A stretch of 64,000 bases of DNA from the human T2T-CHM13v2.0 reference genome, Homo sapiens. Positions 1 through 16,720 of this stretch are shown piece after piece. Below the pieces are notes generated by a model. It had not been told where the DNA came from. It ran no database searches and was given only the letters and a program-made list of their open reading frames with translations. Location of the stretch: the NCBI RefSeq assembly GCF_009914755.1, contig NC_060930.1; one strand, given 5' to 3'. How positions within the stretch are numbered: position 1 is the stretch's first letter; every line of letters starts with the position of its first letter. The position numbers were made by a program, and so were the translations under genes.

Positions 1-96
1 GTGTTGCCTAGGCTGGTCTCAGACTCCTGAGCTCAGGCCATCCGCCCGCCTCGGCCTCCCAAAATTGCTAGGATTACAGGCGTGAGCCACCACTCC
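1..96 (-). mobile_element. Alu left-arm end, truncated by window edge
   Basis: cctcggcctcccaaaattgctaggattacaggcgtgagccacc. Confidence 0.85.
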
Positions 97-251
97 AAAC
101 CCCTTCTGCTTCTTAGAGGGGTTAAGTTTAATAATAATAAAAAAAGGAAATCAAAACAAAACAGAAAAACCTCCTTGTTCTCAATCCTACTTACAAAATC
201 TGCCTTACTTACCATGGCTTTTAAGGCCCTACGTCATTTAGTGCTTGTACT

Positions 252-581
252 TTTTTTTTTTGAGACAGTGTCTTGCTCTCACCCAGGCTAGAGTGCAGTG
301 GGGTGATCTTGGCTCATGCAAACTTTGCCTCCTGGGTTCAAGTGATTCTTGTGCTGCAGCCACATGAGTAGATGGGGTTACAGGCATGCACTAGCATGCC
401 CAGCTAATTTTTTTGTATTTTTAGTAGAGACGAGGTTTCACCATGTTGGCCAGGCTGGCTTTAAGTGATCACCGCCCGCCTCAAGTGATCTGCCTGCCTC
501 GAACTCCTGGCCTCAAGTGATCTGCTGGCCTTAGCCTCCCAAAGTATTGGGATTACAGGTGTGAGCCACTGTGCTGGGCCT
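252..581 (-). mobile_element. AluS with internal micro-duplication
   Basis: T tract then Alu body; aagtgatc occurs three times at 463-522. Confidence 0.85.
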
Positions 582-842
582 CTTATTGTCCTTTCCAACC
601 TCTTCTTGTAGCACATACTCTACCTTGCTCATTTGCATCAACTATATAAACTTCCTTTCTCTTCCCTTGAAAATGTGAAGCTTATTTCCATTTCTACTTT
701 GCCTCATCTATAACCTTAGGCTGGGATGTTATTGATATTTCTCATGGGTGACTCCTTTTGGCATTCGGGTGTCAACTTAATGTGTTTTTCACAGAAAGGC
801 TTTTTCCTGATAATCTGTAGGAGTCTCTGGTCATTCCCTGGC

Positions 843-950
843 ACAGTGCTTCTCAACCTTTAATGTGCATGTAAAACACCTAAGTATTTTGTTGAAAATG
901 CAAATTTTGATTCAGAGGGCTGGGGTAGGGCCTCAGATTCTGTATGCCTT
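843..950. mobile_element. MER5-like hAT DNA transposon remnant
   Basis: cagtgcttctcaacc...gattcag...ggggtagggcctcagattctg. Confidence 0.6.
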
Positions 951-974
951 CCTTCCTTCCTTGTTCTCTTTTCT

Positions 975-1475
<501 letters not shown>

Positions 1476-1501
1476 TTATCTTGTTTAAAAATCGGAAAGT
1501 T

Positions 1502-1841
<340 letters not shown>

Positions 1842-1936
1842 TCAGATTAAACATACTCACACATAATTTTCTTTCTTTTATAGAACTCATAAATTAATTG
1901 ACAAATAATTGTATATATTTATGGGGTACACTCTGA

Positions 1937-2235
<299 letters not shown>

Positions 2236-2566
2236 GCTCTGATGTTTTAACAGATATATATGTTCTAGAAAGATTAAATCAAGTTAATAACATCCATCAC
2301 CTCAACTCCTTATCATATGTTTGTGATGAGACCATTTAAAATCCATTATTAATTTTGAAATATACAATATACAATTTTCTTTTAATTTCAAGAGGCTCCA
2401 AGACACGTACCTCCCCTTAAGTCTGTCTTGGATGCCAACTCAGACCTTGTTAAGAAAAAAAAGCCCTATATTTATTATATAACAATTCTTGTAAGGATAT
2501 CAGTGACAATTTGGATTGCCTCTTCTTTTTGGATGGTGCTATTAAGAAGAACATGATTATGAATTT

Positions 2567-3304
2567 GTAATTACCTGTTTACTGCACAGGCAAAATCAAT
2601 CCCCTGAGACTGTGGCATTGCAGTAGAGAAAAGAGTTTAACTGATGCAAGGCAGTCCCACACAGGAGAACTGGAGTTATCCCTCAAATCAGTCTCTCTGC
2701 AGGCTTCGAGCTGAGGGTTTTTATGGACAATTTCACGGGCAGGGGGCTAGGGAATGGCACTGTTGATTGGTTGGGGATGAAATAATAGGGGTGTGGAAAT
2801 CGATCCTCATGCACTGAGTCCAACTGTGGGTGGGACAACAGGACCAGTTGAGTCATGAGTCATGAGTCCAGGTGGGGTCAGTCTGAAAGACATTTCAGCA
2901 AAACCAATCTTAGGTTCTATAACAGTGATATTATTTGTAGAAGCAGTTGGAGAAGTCACAAATCTTGTGACCTCTGGCCACATGACCCCTGAGCAGTAAG
3001 GGATTGTAGAAACTTGGCCTACACTTTAGCAGAGTTCAGGCTCCTCTCATAATTTTATTCTTGTAGGCTTTCATTAGTCTTACAAAGGTGGCTTTTGGTT
3101 TTTGAGAAATGGTGGGGTTAGCCTAAGGGAGGGAGCAATAATATTGTCGTCATTATTTTAAAGTTAAACTGTAAACTAAATTCATCCTAAAGTTAGCTTG
3201 GCCTGTGCCCAGGAATGATCAGGCAGAGCTTGGAGGTCAGAAGCAAGGTGGAGTCAACTATGTCAGATTTCTCTTACTGTCATAGTTTTGTAAAGACAGT
3301 TTCA
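2567..3304 (-). mobile_element. Solo LTR, LTR8A-like (ERV1)
   Basis: Reverse complement begins tgaaactgtctttacaaaactatgacagtaagagaaatctgacatagttgactccaccttgctt, matching the LTR8-family 5' end. Confidence 0.75.
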
Positions 3305-3454
3305 GTTTATTATATATTATTTGTTTAATGTAGTAAGATTAGTTAAGGGGAGCATATCAGCATAAACTTGGGACTCCACAGCTTCAGGAGAATTTTATTT
3401 GTTCCAAACTTATATTTTAAAGTGAAAATGGAAAAATTGAAGGAAATCATGTGT

Positions 3455-3872
3455 TTTCTTGTAGATAGCATTCCCATAAACATGGTGAATGTCTCTAAAA
3501 CCCTCTAGACTTTCTGTAACATGTGTGGCATGTGCCAAGTACCAACTTCATGCCAAGATCAGGATAAGAAGGGCAAGGATTCTCTGTGTGCCCAAGGAAA
3601 GTGGCGTTATGATAGGAAGCAGAGTGGCTATCATCATCATAGGCAGACTAAGCTGATTTTCCAGAAAAAGGCTAAAACACAAAGAAGACTGTGCTGAGCT
3701 TGAATGCGTTGAGCCCAACTGCAGATCTAAGAGAATGCTGGCCATAAGAGATGCAAGCATTTTGAACTGGGAAGAGGTAAGAGAAAGGCCAAGTGTTGAT
3801 CTAGTTTCTAAGTATCATCTTTTGTTTTATTATGCAGATAATAAAATCTTGAGGTTACATTTACTTAAAAAA
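3455..3872 (+). pseudogene. Processed pseudogene of ribosomal protein RPL36A (eL42); probably RPL36AP24 (number from recall)
   Basis: ATG at 3482 reads MVNVSKTL*TFC..., then fragments [34 protein letters not shown] and CKHFELG, ending TAA at 3809-3811. Intronless, with a TAG at 3506-3508 and frameshifts. AATAAA at 3840-3845, A remnant 3867-3872. Confidence 0.93.
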
Positions 3873-4634
3873 GTTGGAGAAAATAAAAGTAATTACGACT
3901 ATACACAAAGCCTGAGGAAACTCATTTTTTCCCTGGGGAAAGTAAAACTAAATAGGAGTAATTTTTACCATAACAAGGAAGTTTTAATAGGTTATTCAGA
4001 TGTAGGACACAAGATATTGATTAAATCTTTTAGAAAGTGGGCTGTGGAGTATAGTAGGATCTTCCTGAAACTTAGTTTAGGAGAATATAGTGAAATAAGG
4101 TACAAAATTGAAGTATTCGAAAGAATAGCGCAGACTTTTTGGGTTCCTAAAATCTTTCATTTATGTTTGTAAATTAGTGTGTGGAACTTCCGAATGGCAT
4201 TTTCCCACTGTCCATTTGGAGTACAATAAGACAAATTAATACAAATCAAAATAATATGGCAGCAGCATCACATAATTTGTGTACACTGATGTAGTAACAG
4301 ATTTAATTTAATGCAGCTTTTGAGAAGTCTTTTGTATTTCAATTTATACAGCTGCTATCCAGGGCTAAGCTGGCCAATCTGTCAGCCTTGAGTATCTTGC
4401 CTGACTGATTCTCTTTTTATCTCTGCTGACTAGCTGAATTTATGCCTCATCTTCACTGTACCTTGGTTTTCTTTTCCAAAAACTGGGAATGAAGTCTACA
4501 CTATTAAATCAAGATGTTAGGCTAGTGAAAATAAAAGTAGAAGGACTTTAAGCCTCTCCAAAGGCAGATGCCAAGATAAACAGTACGTTTTACCCACAAT
4601 ACTGATATTTCCTATGAATAACTTTTAAACACTT

Positions 4635-5183
<549 letters not shown>

Positions 5184-5609
5184 TAAAAAATTAGGTATTA
5201 TTTATTTATTTATTTATTTTGAGACATAAGTAAATATGCTCTGTGGATGGTAGTCTCAGGCCTGTTGTGTTAACCCTTTTCTGCACATTATTTGTACTAA
5301 ATATAATCCTCTGAAGTGAGGCTGTTGGGAAATAGGGGTGGTGTGGGTATGTGAATGAGGGGGATATGAAAAGGGTGGGACTTTGTGCCCCCCTTTCCAC
5401 TTTTCTCTTTAATAAATTGAGGATTCTATGGAAGATTTTGTATGTAAAAAAGGTACAGCTATTAAAAAATAAAGTTGGAAAACCACTCCTTTAAACAATG
5501 AGACGAATTTCAAGCCAAAGATTGATAAAATCACATTTGGATTTTAGTAAGATCAGCCCTGGAGTTGGCAGAAGATATTTGACAGATCATGGTAGTGGTA
5601 AATTTGGCA

Positions 5610-6175
5610 CAGTGGTGGTGATCAGAGTCATACATCAGTACATGGAGGCTATACATTGATTTGACCTAAAATAGTGGGACATCTTGAAGGGAGTGGCCCG
5701 CCGGTCAAAGCTGGATTAAAAGATTTTCTGATTTGCAATTGGTTAAGGAAACAAAGCTTTGTCTAAAAATTTCGGGTCAACAGAAAAGAATGTTAGCTCT
5801 GGCTGGTGAGCATAACCTCCTCCAGGCCCCTCAGGAAGAAATTTAGAACAAAGAATAGTGGTCAGAATTCAGTCCTCTGTTCCCCCTTATCTGAGGTCTG
5901 TGTGCCAGTGGATCCATTTGGTAGGGGTTGGAGTTTCTGAAAAACAACTCAGTGACATGTATTAAGATGTTATCTTTAGTTTCTATAGGGAACATCTCTA
6001 ACCTCTTTGGCCATGATTTTGAGCTTCTATTATCTTCTTGCTTATCAAGTGGCTCATTTACTTCTCAGGGCTAGCTAGGTGTCTGGAATTTCCCTTGAAG
6101 AAATTCCAGGTTTTTCTTTATTTCCACGTTGCAGGGGGCATGGCAGGCCCTAAGAGAGACCCCTGCTTCCTTTAA
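5610..6175 (-). mobile_element. ERV1 LTR, MER31-like
   Basis: tttctgaaaaacaactcag...aagatgttatctttagtttctatagggaac...cagggctagctaggtgtctggaatttcccttgaag. Confidence 0.6.
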
Positions 6176-6364
6176 AGGGCTCAAGCTGGGGTGGTAGGAT
6201 GAGGAAGGAGAGGAGGGAATGAATTAGAGAGTATTTCGCATACAAAATTGAGTAGCATCGATGATTGATTGGCTGAGAACCTGGTTGAGGAGAACAGGAT
6301 TGTGGGAGGAAGAGGAATATATCAGTAATCACCCTGAAGTTTCTCACTTGGTTGACTCCAGAAG

Positions 6365-7052
6365 TCTAAAAGAGGGGGTGGAGAAGAGCGTTTTTCTCTT
6401 GTGAGATTCTCAAATCCTGTAACACTAACTGGGTATTCAACAGTTCAATTTGATTCTGGCACTCTTTATTTGAAGTGAGCATCAGATCCCACAAGTAAAA
6501 GGGCTCAGTCCCATAGAATGTCCCCACTTCACATGCCAGCTGCAAATGGGGTATACAGGCTACCCACATATCTACCTGGCAACTACAAATTTGGGAATTC
6601 CCATAGCCTTCCTCCCCTTTAGATTTGATAATTTGCTAGAATAGCTCACAGAACTCAGGGGAAAATTTTGCTTATGTTTACTGATTTATGATAAAGCATA
6701 CAATTCAGGGAGCCCAGTAGAAGAGATGGCCTAGGGGGATACCTAGAGGTTGAACGCACCTAGATGTGTTCACCAACCCAGAAGTTCTCCAAGTCTCCTT
6801 GAGTGTTTACAGAGCTCAATCTCTAACCCCACCTTCCTGGGGTCAGTGCGTGGGGCTGAAAGTTCCAACCTTCTACCCACTTGGTCCTTCTGGCTACCAG
6901 CCTCACCCTAGAGTCACCTCCTTAACATAAACTCAGGTGTGATGCAATGAATAACAGAAAACACTCCTATTACTCAGGAAATTCCAAGGGTTTTAGGAAC
7001 TCTGTGCCAAGAACCAGGGACAAAGATCAAATATATTTCTTATTATGCCACA
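6365..7052 (-). mobile_element. MER21-like LTR
   Basis: gggctcagtccca...actcaggaaattccaagggttttaggaactctgtgccaagaaccagggacaaagatcaaatatatttc. Confidence 0.7.
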
Positions 7053-7199
7053 CTGGCAAATATCTCAAATTGCCGGGAACATTTAGGAACTCTCAACCTG
7101 CATCTCCAGCTTCAACATTGAACCCAAACCTTATCCTGGTACTGTGAGGCCTAGTGTTCCAGGATACCCTTAGATTCTGTTTTACAGGCCTTAAGCAAC

Positions 7200-7980
7200 T
7201 ATATCAGTTAGGGTACAACTTAGGCTTCTGTAACAGAGACCCCAATTATACACTACTTTAAAAGCAAGATAGAAGTTTATTACTCCCTTTTAATTTCTTT
7301 TGGAGAGAGAGTCTCACTCTGTTGCCCGGGCTGGAGTGCAGTGGTGTAGGTCATAGCTCACTGCAGCCTCAAACTCCTGGGCTTAAGCCGTCCTCCTACC
7401 TCAGCCTCCCCAAGTAGCTGGGACTACAGGCACATGCTAATTTTAAGCCTGGCTAATTAAAAACAAATTTTTTTTAAATTTGTTATTTTTAGTAGAGATG
7501 AGGTCCTACTATGTTGCCCAGGCTGGTCTCGAACTCCTGAGCTCAAGTGATCTGCCTGTCTCAGCCTCCCAAAGTGCTAGGATTACAGGTGTGAGCCACT
7601 GTGCCTGGCCGGAAGTTTATTATTCTTTTACATAAAAATCCAGGTAGGCAATCCAAAGCTGGTTTGGCAGCTCAGCATTGTTGGAGAACCAGGCTTTGTG
7701 TATCTTGTTGCTCTGCTTCATTCAACATTCTGTGTGCATCTCATTGCCTCTTCCAGCTGCAGTCATTACACTTTCACTCCAGTTAGAGAGAAGGGAGGAA
7801 AAGGGAGCCAGGAGGATATGCCCTTTTCCTTTAATGGGGTATGTCAGAACTACACACGTTTCTGCTCATATCCCATTGTTAGAACCTGCTCACATGGCCA
7901 TACCTGACTGCAAGAGAGGCCAGGAGATGTAATATGTGTCTGGGCAGCCATGCATCCAGCTAAAACTTCTATTTAGAAAG
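7200..7980 (-). mobile_element. Old MLT1 (MaLR) LTR interrupted by AluJ (7293-7610, -)
   Basis: ggcttctgtaacagagacccc...ttctgctcatatcccattg...cacatggccatacctgactgcaag; Alu flanked by gaagtttatta repeats. Confidence 0.6.
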
Positions 7981-8774
7981 GTGGAACAAATAATGGAAGA
8001 CAGCCGTCCCTATCTCCAACATTCATGATATATTTAAGGACTTTTCCCCCTCTTTTGGGGAAAACATGGACCTAACATTGTGATTGTTAATTCTTTTTGC
8101 TAAAGTAATTTTTATGTTATTGTGACAAAGGAAACATGATGTTCAATGAAATGAATAAAATGCTGGCAGAGTACCTTTGGGAAATCTTGTTCTGAAAAAT
8201 GTGCCAGGTTGCTGCTGTTTATTGTTGCTTCTAAACAGTAGAGAAGGAGTTAGCTGCTTATTAAACCTGCCCCACATAAGGAATGGAATTATGGTTGGAC
8301 CTCGCCACAATCATTTCTCTCCCAGGAGAGGCCAAAAATAGGATCAGAACACCACCCTGCTTTGAAGCAGACACTCTTGCTGTGTCTCAATTCCATGTCC
8401 AACTCCGTAAAGGTTATGGAAAACAGAAAAAGATCTCAGAAGCAGAGGGCTGAAATCGATGTGGTAATATCTGAATGTTATGTTGTCTTTGAGTAGAGAA
8501 TTAAGGAACAGTGGAAAACCCTTGGGACTAGTCTTCACGTCTTTGTCTTGGTGCTTAAGAACCAGAATTAGGGTTTACTCAAAGAAAGGCAACTCTCTTG
8601 CTTTGGGAAGGAGATGAGGAACCCCAGTGTCTCCTTCAGTGGACTGGAAGCAAAGCAGAAGCTGTAGTAGGAATAGGCCTTCTGGAAGAGAGGTTACAAT
8701 TATAGTTTATGGGTTTGGGGTTTGTTTCCTTTTGTTAAAATAAAACAATTAGAAATATATTCATTGTTTAATTA

Positions 8775-9063
8775 TTTTTTTTTTGAGACCGAGTGTCACT
8801 CTGTCACCCAGGCTGGAGTACAGTGGCACAATCTCTGCTCACTTCATCCCCTGCCTCCCAGGTTCAAGCAATTCGTGCCTCAGCCCCCCAGGTAGCTGGG
8901 ATTACAAGCATGCACCACCATGCCCAGCTAATTTTTGTGTTTTTAGTAGAGATGTGGTTTCACCATTTGGCCAGGATGATCTTGAACTCCTGACCTCAAG
9001 TGATCTGCCTGCCTTGGTCTCCCAAAGTGCTGGAATTACAGGCGTGAGCCACCATGCCTGGCT
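8775..9063 (-). mobile_element. AluS just upstream of the 9228 exon
   Basis: Full Alu body with T tract. Confidence 0.88.
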
Positions 9064-9227
9064 GAAAATGTATTTTATATTATTTTTATCAAAATGACAT
9101 TTACAAAAACTGCTCCAATAGATATACTTGTAACTAGTTAAAAGTTTGAATTTGACCCTTAAGAAATGTGTAGAGCACTGTGAAAATGTATTTAAGAAAG
9201 TCTAAAATTTTATGTTTTTGTTTATAG

Positions 9228-9451
9228 CCTATACGGTTCAGACATCCGAGAGCATGACCCCAACTGCCACTTCAGAGACTTATTTGAAAGCTTTGGCCGT
9301 TTGCCATGGACCTCTGGACCACTATGATTTTCTGATCAAAGCTCATGAGCTAAAGGATGATGAACATCAAAGAAGAGTCATACAGTGTTTGCAGAAATTA
9401 CACGAGGACCTTAAAGGATACAATATAGAGGCAGAAGGCCTTTTTTCAAAG
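9228..9451 (+). CDS. AFG1L: AFG1L/LACE1 internal coding exon (probably exon 2), 224 nt, phase 1 to 0
   Basis: Acceptor tttgtttatag at 9227, donor aag|gtgagg at 9452. Encodes (A)YTVQTSESMTPTATSETYLKALAVCHGPLDHYDFLIKAHELKDDEHQRRVIQCLQKLHEDLKGYNIEAEGLFSK, recognised as the AFG1L N-terminal region. Exon number is from recall. Confidence 0.95.
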
Positions 9452-10095
9452 GTGAGGCTTGTGTGATATGAAAGATTAAACAGTTAAAAGTGTAAGCATT
9501 TTCTAAAATGGATGCAATGCAGTAGGACACAATCATGAAACATCTTGAAAAATTTTCACCAGTTCCTTTACACAAATTCTGTTGGATCCCCATTCCTGGC
9601 CTTTTGATGTTCCATAGCTTTCTTTTGCCTTCAGGGGTTTGAATAGCTTCATATTTAGGTATTTAAAAAATGCAGTCCAGTCTAAATAAAAACTTCTATG
9701 GAAATTAAAGCTTTCCCTTTCCTCTAGCTCAGGCCTCATCCAGGGATCAGCAGTGGAAAAGGAGGAGTGATGTGTTCTTTCCCTTTTCTTCCTCCTTCTT
9801 TCTCTGTTTGCCTGACATCTCTAGGGTCAGAATGAGAAGAATGAAAGATTAGAGTGAAACAGCAGCCTTAAGTGACCAGTTAGTTACTGGGGCCTTTGTA
9901 TGGTAGATGCTGACGTGCTAGCTCTTTGTTGAGGGTCTTATTGGTGGGTTCTTCAAGACTCCCATGGGGACCTCCACACTTCTCCAGTCTTTGACTAACC
10001 TCTTATGACTCTGGGGAAGCAACTCACAACCCTGCATTCTGCCGACACCGCCTTGCTCTTGCCCTTAGCCTTCTTGGGTGGGGTCCTTTCAGGAC

Positions 10096-10395
10096 TTTTT
10101 TTTTTTTTTTTTGAGACAGAGTCTCGCTCTGTCACTTGGGCTGGAGTGCAGTGGCACGATATCTTGGCTCCTGGCAACCTTTGCCTCCTGGATTCAAGCG
10201 ATCGTCCTGCCTCAGCCTCCCAAGTAACTGGGTAACAAGCGTGGACCACCACACTCAGCTAATTTTTGTATTTTTAGTAGAGACGGGGTTTCACCATGTT
10301 GGCCAGGCTGGTCTTGAACTCCTGACCTCAAGTGATCCACCTGTCTCGGCCACCCAAAGTGCTGGGATTACAGGTGTGAGCCACTGTGCCTGGCC
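10096..10395 (-). mobile_element. AluS
   Basis: Full Alu body with T tract. Confidence 0.88.
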
Positions 10396-10889
10396 TGGGA
10401 CATTTCTTATTGGGTCATCTTTTATGGTGTCCGTGCAGGCCACAGGAAACATAACATCTCCTTTCGCCACCCCTTGCTGCATGGGCAGCCTCAGTCAGCC
10501 TCCTGTCCTCAGACTTCTGCAAGCAAGAAGCAGGCACTGGTTTCTGTCTTTGTCATGCATACCCCTTTCTCCTGGGGACTTATATCAAGTTCTCCCATGA
10601 ACTCTTCCACACTCTGCTCTGGCAGCTGCTTGTGCATTTCCTTACCTAGGCAAGCATCCAGCTGGGGAGAGCGATGTCCATCTCAATTTATATTCAATCC
10701 TCATCTCTTTGGATGCTTCTCTTGGGAACCCCTCGTATTTGTTACGAGATATCTGAAGGGCACACCATGGCACTCTACCCAGCTAACTTTCTACCTTGAT
10801 CACTTTCTTCAGTTTCACTTTGGTTTTAGGGCTGTTTTGCCTTTTTTTTTTTTTTAAACCTAATTCCTGCATGGATGTGACTAGTGTGT

Positions 10890-11774
<885 letters not shown>

Positions 11775-12080
11775 ATGTCTTTCTTTAGCGTGAGTGGGAG
11801 CTTATTTTCCCTGGTCATCAGCTTTGAGCTTTTGTTGAAATTCTATGACAACAGGAAAACTCCTGTTCCTTATCTAATATAGAAGCCAATAGTCTCATCT
11901 TTAAGTTCTGGAGAAAACATTAATAGTAGTAAGAGTTAAAATATGGTCCAACCTAAGAAACTAGTTTTCCTTTAATTGACTTTCCCCACCCCCTGCCAAA
12001 TACGCTTTTACTGTAACGTCTTTAGAAGAAAGGCACCATAGAACAACCATTAGTAGTACTTTATTTAAAAATGAATGAGG

Positions 12081-12515
12081 GGCCAGACGCAGTGGCTCAC
12101 GCCTGTAATCCCAGCACTTTGGGAAGCCGAGGTGGGCAGATCACCTGAGGTCAGGAGTTTGAGACCAGCCTGGCCAACATGATGAAACCCTGTCTCTACT
12201 AAAAATACAAAAATTAGCCAGGCGTGGTGGCAGGTGCCTGTAATCTCAGCTGCTCAGGAGGCTGAGGCAGGAGAATCGCTTGAATCCAGGAGGCGGAGGT
12301 TGCAGTGAGCCAAGATCACTCCAGCCTGGGTGACAGTGAGACTCCGTCTCAAAAAAAAAAAGAATAAGGGCCAGGTGTGGTGGCTGAACCTATAATCCTA
12401 GCACTTTGGGAGGCCAGGGTGGAAGGATAGCTTGAAGCCAGAAGTTTGAGATCAGCCTGGACGATATAGGGAGACCCTGTCTCTGCAATACAAATAAAAA
12501 ACAAACAAACAAAAA
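12081..12515 (+). mobile_element. AluSx (12081-12362) plus FLAM monomer (12369-12515)
   Basis: Alu consensus with A tails. Confidence 0.88.
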
Positions 12516-12752
12516 ATGAATGAAAGTAATTTTACTTTTTAATAAAGCTCCTGAGAGTATAATTAATTTTATTTTTATGTAAAGAAAATGTCTTCCCATT
12601 GTGTTAACACTATTAGTTGAAAGAAATAGAGATTCATTTAGATTGCAGAAAGAAATGGAGATTTAGAATAAGATTATATAAGAACATAGCAATGAAAGGC
12701 ATCTCCATGACACAGCTAGGCCTTACAGTGCTCTGCCATTCATGTCATTCAT

Positions 12753-13119
12753 TGTCTTCGTCCACTTGGGCTTCTATAACAAAATACCATAAACTGGGTA
12801 GCTTATAAACAACAGAAAAAGATTTCTTGTAGTTCTGGGTGCTGGGAAGGCCAAGATCAAAGTGCTGGCAAATTCAGTGTCTGATGAGGGCCTGCTTAAC
12901 TATTCTTGGACAGCTGTCTTTTCACTGTGTCCTCACATGGCTGAAGGGACAAATGAGCTCCCTCAGGCCTCTTTTGTAAGGGCACTAATCCAACTGAGGA
13001 GGGCCCCACTCTCATGACCTCATCACCTTCCAAAGGTCCTACCTCCTAAGAGCCTCACTTTGGGGGTTAGAACTTCAACATATGAATTTTGGGGTGATGC
13101 AAGCATTGAGACCATAGCA
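12753..13119 (-). mobile_element. MLT1A-type MaLR LTR
   Basis: ctataacaaaataccataaactgggtagcttataaacaacag...atatgaattttgggg...ccatagca. Confidence 0.75.
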
Positions 13120-13796
13120 CCCACTTATTTTGTTGTTCCTTTTCTCTCATGTCTGCTTCCACTTCTGTTCACTCTACCAACTTCTTAATTCTCTCTGTGT
13201 GTCTGTAGTTTAAATTCCTGAGTAAGGATCTCATAGGCCAACCAATGACTTCATCCCTGTTTGGGCAGAGCTTTCACATTGGGTTTCTTAGAGGCCGTTA
13301 ACCAGCGTAAAGATTGGCTTACCTATGGTCCCATGCAGGGCTGCTCCTGTGAGCATGGCAGTTGCTCTCAGAAGTGGACTGTGAGTGTGGTGGGCACCAT
13401 GAGTGACCAGTCCAGCACAATGGTTATAGGTAATGATGAATTATTTCTTTTGATGACCAACCTCTTTTCCCCATATTTCTCAGTTTATAGTTGAGTAAAG
13501 AACCAAAAAATTTGAAAAATATAGACTGCTTATGTACTGCATATCTAGTTATATGTGATATATATATAGGGATATATTTGCATATAGTATATAAACTATA
13601 ACATATAAAACTATGTAATTATATAGTTTGTGATACAGGTGGGCATCCAAGTAAAATAACAATTTGGTTATGTGGCCTAGCCAGGAAACAACATGTTGTA
13701 CTCAACTGGATATTTTGGTTATCTGAGACTTGAATTGCTTTCCTGAATTTTACATCTTGTTCCCTTTCTAGTCCTCTTCCTTTTGGAAATATATTC

Positions 13797-15071
<1,275 letters not shown>

Positions 15072-15217
15072 TTAGTTTTTAAAGAGTGTAAAGACGACAC
15101 AGACCTATTTTTTTTCTAAAAACAAACACTGATATGCCAATTATCAGAAAAGGAAACTTTGGGCTATTAGGTTTTCCAGTGATGGAAAAACTCCAGTGAT
15201 GGAGTTCTTTATTCTGG

Positions 15218-16337
15218 TGCTATGGTTCGAATATTTGTCTCTTTCAGAACTCATGTTGACATTTAATCCCCAGTGTGGCAGTATTGAAAGGTGAATTCTT
15301 TCAGAGGTGACTGGGTCATGAGATCTCTGCTGTCATGAATGGATTAGTCCATTCGTGGAGTAATGGGTTAATGGATTAATGGATTATCATGGAAGTGGGA
15401 CCGGTGGCTTTATAAGGGGAAGAGAGTCTTGAGCTAGCATGCTCAGCCCCCTCGCCATGTGATGCCCCTGTGTCATCTGGGGCTCTGCAGAGAGTCTTCA
15501 CCAGCAAGAAGGCCCTCACTAGGTGGGGTCCCTCAAACATGGACTTCTCAGCCTCCATCACTGTAAGAAATAAATTCCTTTTTTATTTTTTTTTTTTTTT
15601 TTGCGACTGAGTCTCACTCTGTTGCCAGGCTGGAGTACAGTGGTGTGATCTCAGCTCATGGCAGCCTCCCCCGGGTTCAAGCGATTCTCTTGCCTCAGCT
15701 TCCTGAGTAGCTGGGACTACAGGTGCATGCCACCACGCCCAGCTAAGTTTTGTATTTTTAGTAGAGACCAGGTTTCACCATGTTGGCCAGGCTGGTCTTG
15801 AACTCCTGACCTCGTGCTCTGCCTGCCTGGGCCTCCCAAAGTGTTGAGATTACAGGTGTGAGCCACTGCGCCTGGCTCATAAATTCCTTTTCTTTATAAA
15901 TTACTCAGTTTCTGAAGATAAAACTCTGACTTTGGACTGTAAACCTTTGTCTTGGGTATGAAACCTTGACATTGTTGAAAGAAGAGTGGAAACTGTAAGG
16001 GACAACAAGTTTCACCACAGCACAGTCTTCTTTCTCTGATAGGCCATCCGAACAGCTAAGGAGAAGACAGATCACTCAAGAACTTAAGTTGTTTATTAGC
16101 TACAGCATGTTTGCTGCTTTGATACACATTCAGCCATTTTGGAGGAAAGCTAAGCAGTACTGACTGCCCATTTTCGTGAACTTTAAATAACAAATACTAT
16201 TTCTCAAGGTCTTCATTTTATCATTAAATTCAGCTAATCACTACCTGTTTAAAAATAAATAAATAAATAAATTTCAGAATATCTGAAACTCAATTTCAGA
16301 TATTCTGTTATAAGCGACAGAAAATGAACTAAGACAT
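15218..16337 (+). mobile_element. MSTD/MLT1A-type MaLR LTR interrupted by an Alu (15580-15876, -) and an unidentified ~370 bp insert (15913-16288)
   Basis: Starts tgctatggttcgaatatttgtc; ends ttcagatattctgttataagcgacagaaaatgaactaagaca. Confidence 0.75.
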
Positions 16338-16409
16338 GTGCTAAGTAGGATTTATGATTTTATGAACTTTGGATTTTGTTTTCAATACAGTTGTTTAAAC
16401 TTCATTATA

Positions 16410-16720
<311 letters not shown>

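Noticed and set aside
3735-4172. 145-aa ORF as a novel gene
   Set aside because: It starts within the RPL36A pseudogene, frameshifts after MLAI and runs into AT-rich DNA. No recognisable domain or promoter.
8050-8720. Possible further retrocopy or exon in unassigned sequence
   Set aside because: No recognisable protein similarity, tail or TSD; probably an old unrecognised repeat.
10136-10857. 154-aa and 127-aa ORFs
   Set aside because: Alu read-through and low-information intronic sequence.
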